In this document: piece by piece, positions 63,769-64,000 of the stretch
How the letters are laid out: each line of letters starts with the position of its first letter
Position numbering within the stretch: position 1 is the stretch's first letter
Assembly: GCA_963726795.1 (NCBI GenBank)
Contig: CAVSDD010000008.1
Location: 28,668 to 92,667, forward strand
Length of the DNA: 64,000 nucleotides
Source of the DNA: an uncultured Alphaproteobacteria bacterium
GTDB taxonomy: Bacteria > Pseudomonadota > Alphaproteobacteria > Rhizobiales > Hyphomicrobiaceae
Direction: 5' to 3'
The notes under the pieces: generated by a model
What the model saw: the letters and a program-made list of their open reading frames with translations, nothing else
Told to the model about the DNA's origin: nothing
Databases searched by the model: none
Translations under genes and position numbers: made by a program

Positions 63769-64000
63769 CTAGCCGCCGGTCACGCTCATGTGGCGCGCAA
63801 CCGCGGGCCTGTCGACGCTGCGATCGATGATGAAGTCGTGTCCCTTCGGCTTCAAGATCATCGCCTGGTCGATCGCGACATTGAGCAAGGCATCCTCCGC
63901 GCTTTCGCGTAGCGGCGCGCGCAGGTCGACGGCGCTGTCCTGGCCGAGGCACATATACAGCGTGCCGGTGCAGGTGAGGCGCACGCGGTTGCAGCTTTCG
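63769..64000 (-). CDS. C-terminal part of an unidentified protein (gene continues past the right edge)
   Basis: The reverse frame is open from base 64000: ...[77 protein letters not shown] did not recognise the family. Confidence 0.45.
   Translation of the reverse strand, partial: ESCNRVRLTCTGTLYMCLGQDSAVDLRAPLRESAEDALLNVAIDQAMILKPKGHDFIIDRSVDRPAVARHMSVTGG

Noticed and set aside
1-64000. Searched by eye for rRNA, tRNA, CRISPR arrays, IS elements/transposases, integrases and phage genes.
   Set aside because: I found none. There are no regularly spaced repeat arrays, no terminal inverted repeats flanking a transposase-like ORF, and no tRNA-like T-arm or acceptor patterns in the intergenic regions.

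Overview
This is a high-GC alphaproteobacterial chromosome segment. The gene order (ispG, ispA-mtgA-rpmF, phaR-phaAB, metXW, hisC-tyrC, nrdJ, ftsEX, hpt-cpdR) looks like Hyphomicrobiales/Bradyrhizobiaceae; that taxon call is inference only. I support about 65 protein genes. I saw no rRNA, tRNA, CRISPR, IS or prophage signature.

**Left ~17 kb (accessory-looking stress island).**
- A TonB-dependent receptor, truncated by the window edge and absent from the ORF track, followed by a DUF2946-like gene.
- A bufferin-type MNIO RiPP operon: DUF2282 precursor, DUF692, DUF2063 and DoxX.
- Three tandem CxxC peroxiredoxin-like paralogs, a LysR regulator and bdhA.
- A secreted cupin with an MFS transporter, and a DUF302 gene with a patatin-like lipase.
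- Two tiny secreted proteins (one a 41-codon gene missing from the ORF track), a Met-rich secreted metzincin and a second LysR paralog.

**Main new observation.** Seven copies of one 41-bp module (ATAG-N7-CTAT-N7-half-site-N7-xxAT-TTCA, i.e. OxyR/LTTR-type architecture) sit at fixed geometry upstream of these units. Each copy is oriented with its downstream gene, so the island looks like one regulon.

**Middle of the window.** A response regulator with a GAF-HisKA_2 kinase, a cNMP-binding/thioredoxin-reductase fusion, an MBOAT plus three-SGNH O-acetylation cluster, an FAH-family hydrolase, and a VWA protein next to a 1086-aa multi-TM coiled-coil protein of unknown function.

**Right ~30 kb (core housekeeping).** Noteworthy items here are a candidate SAM-II riboswitch ahead of metX, a candidate structured sRNA between plsC and nrdJ, and an MtgA with a ~335-aa acidic Pro-rich N-terminal extension.

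**Sequence quality.** Four genes (VWA, rpmF, phaR, gloB) each carry a single-base frame break at a short mononucleotide run. This pattern points to sequencing or assembly indels rather than biology.

Most long Arg/Ala/Gly-rich ORFs antisense to these genes are GC-driven artefacts.
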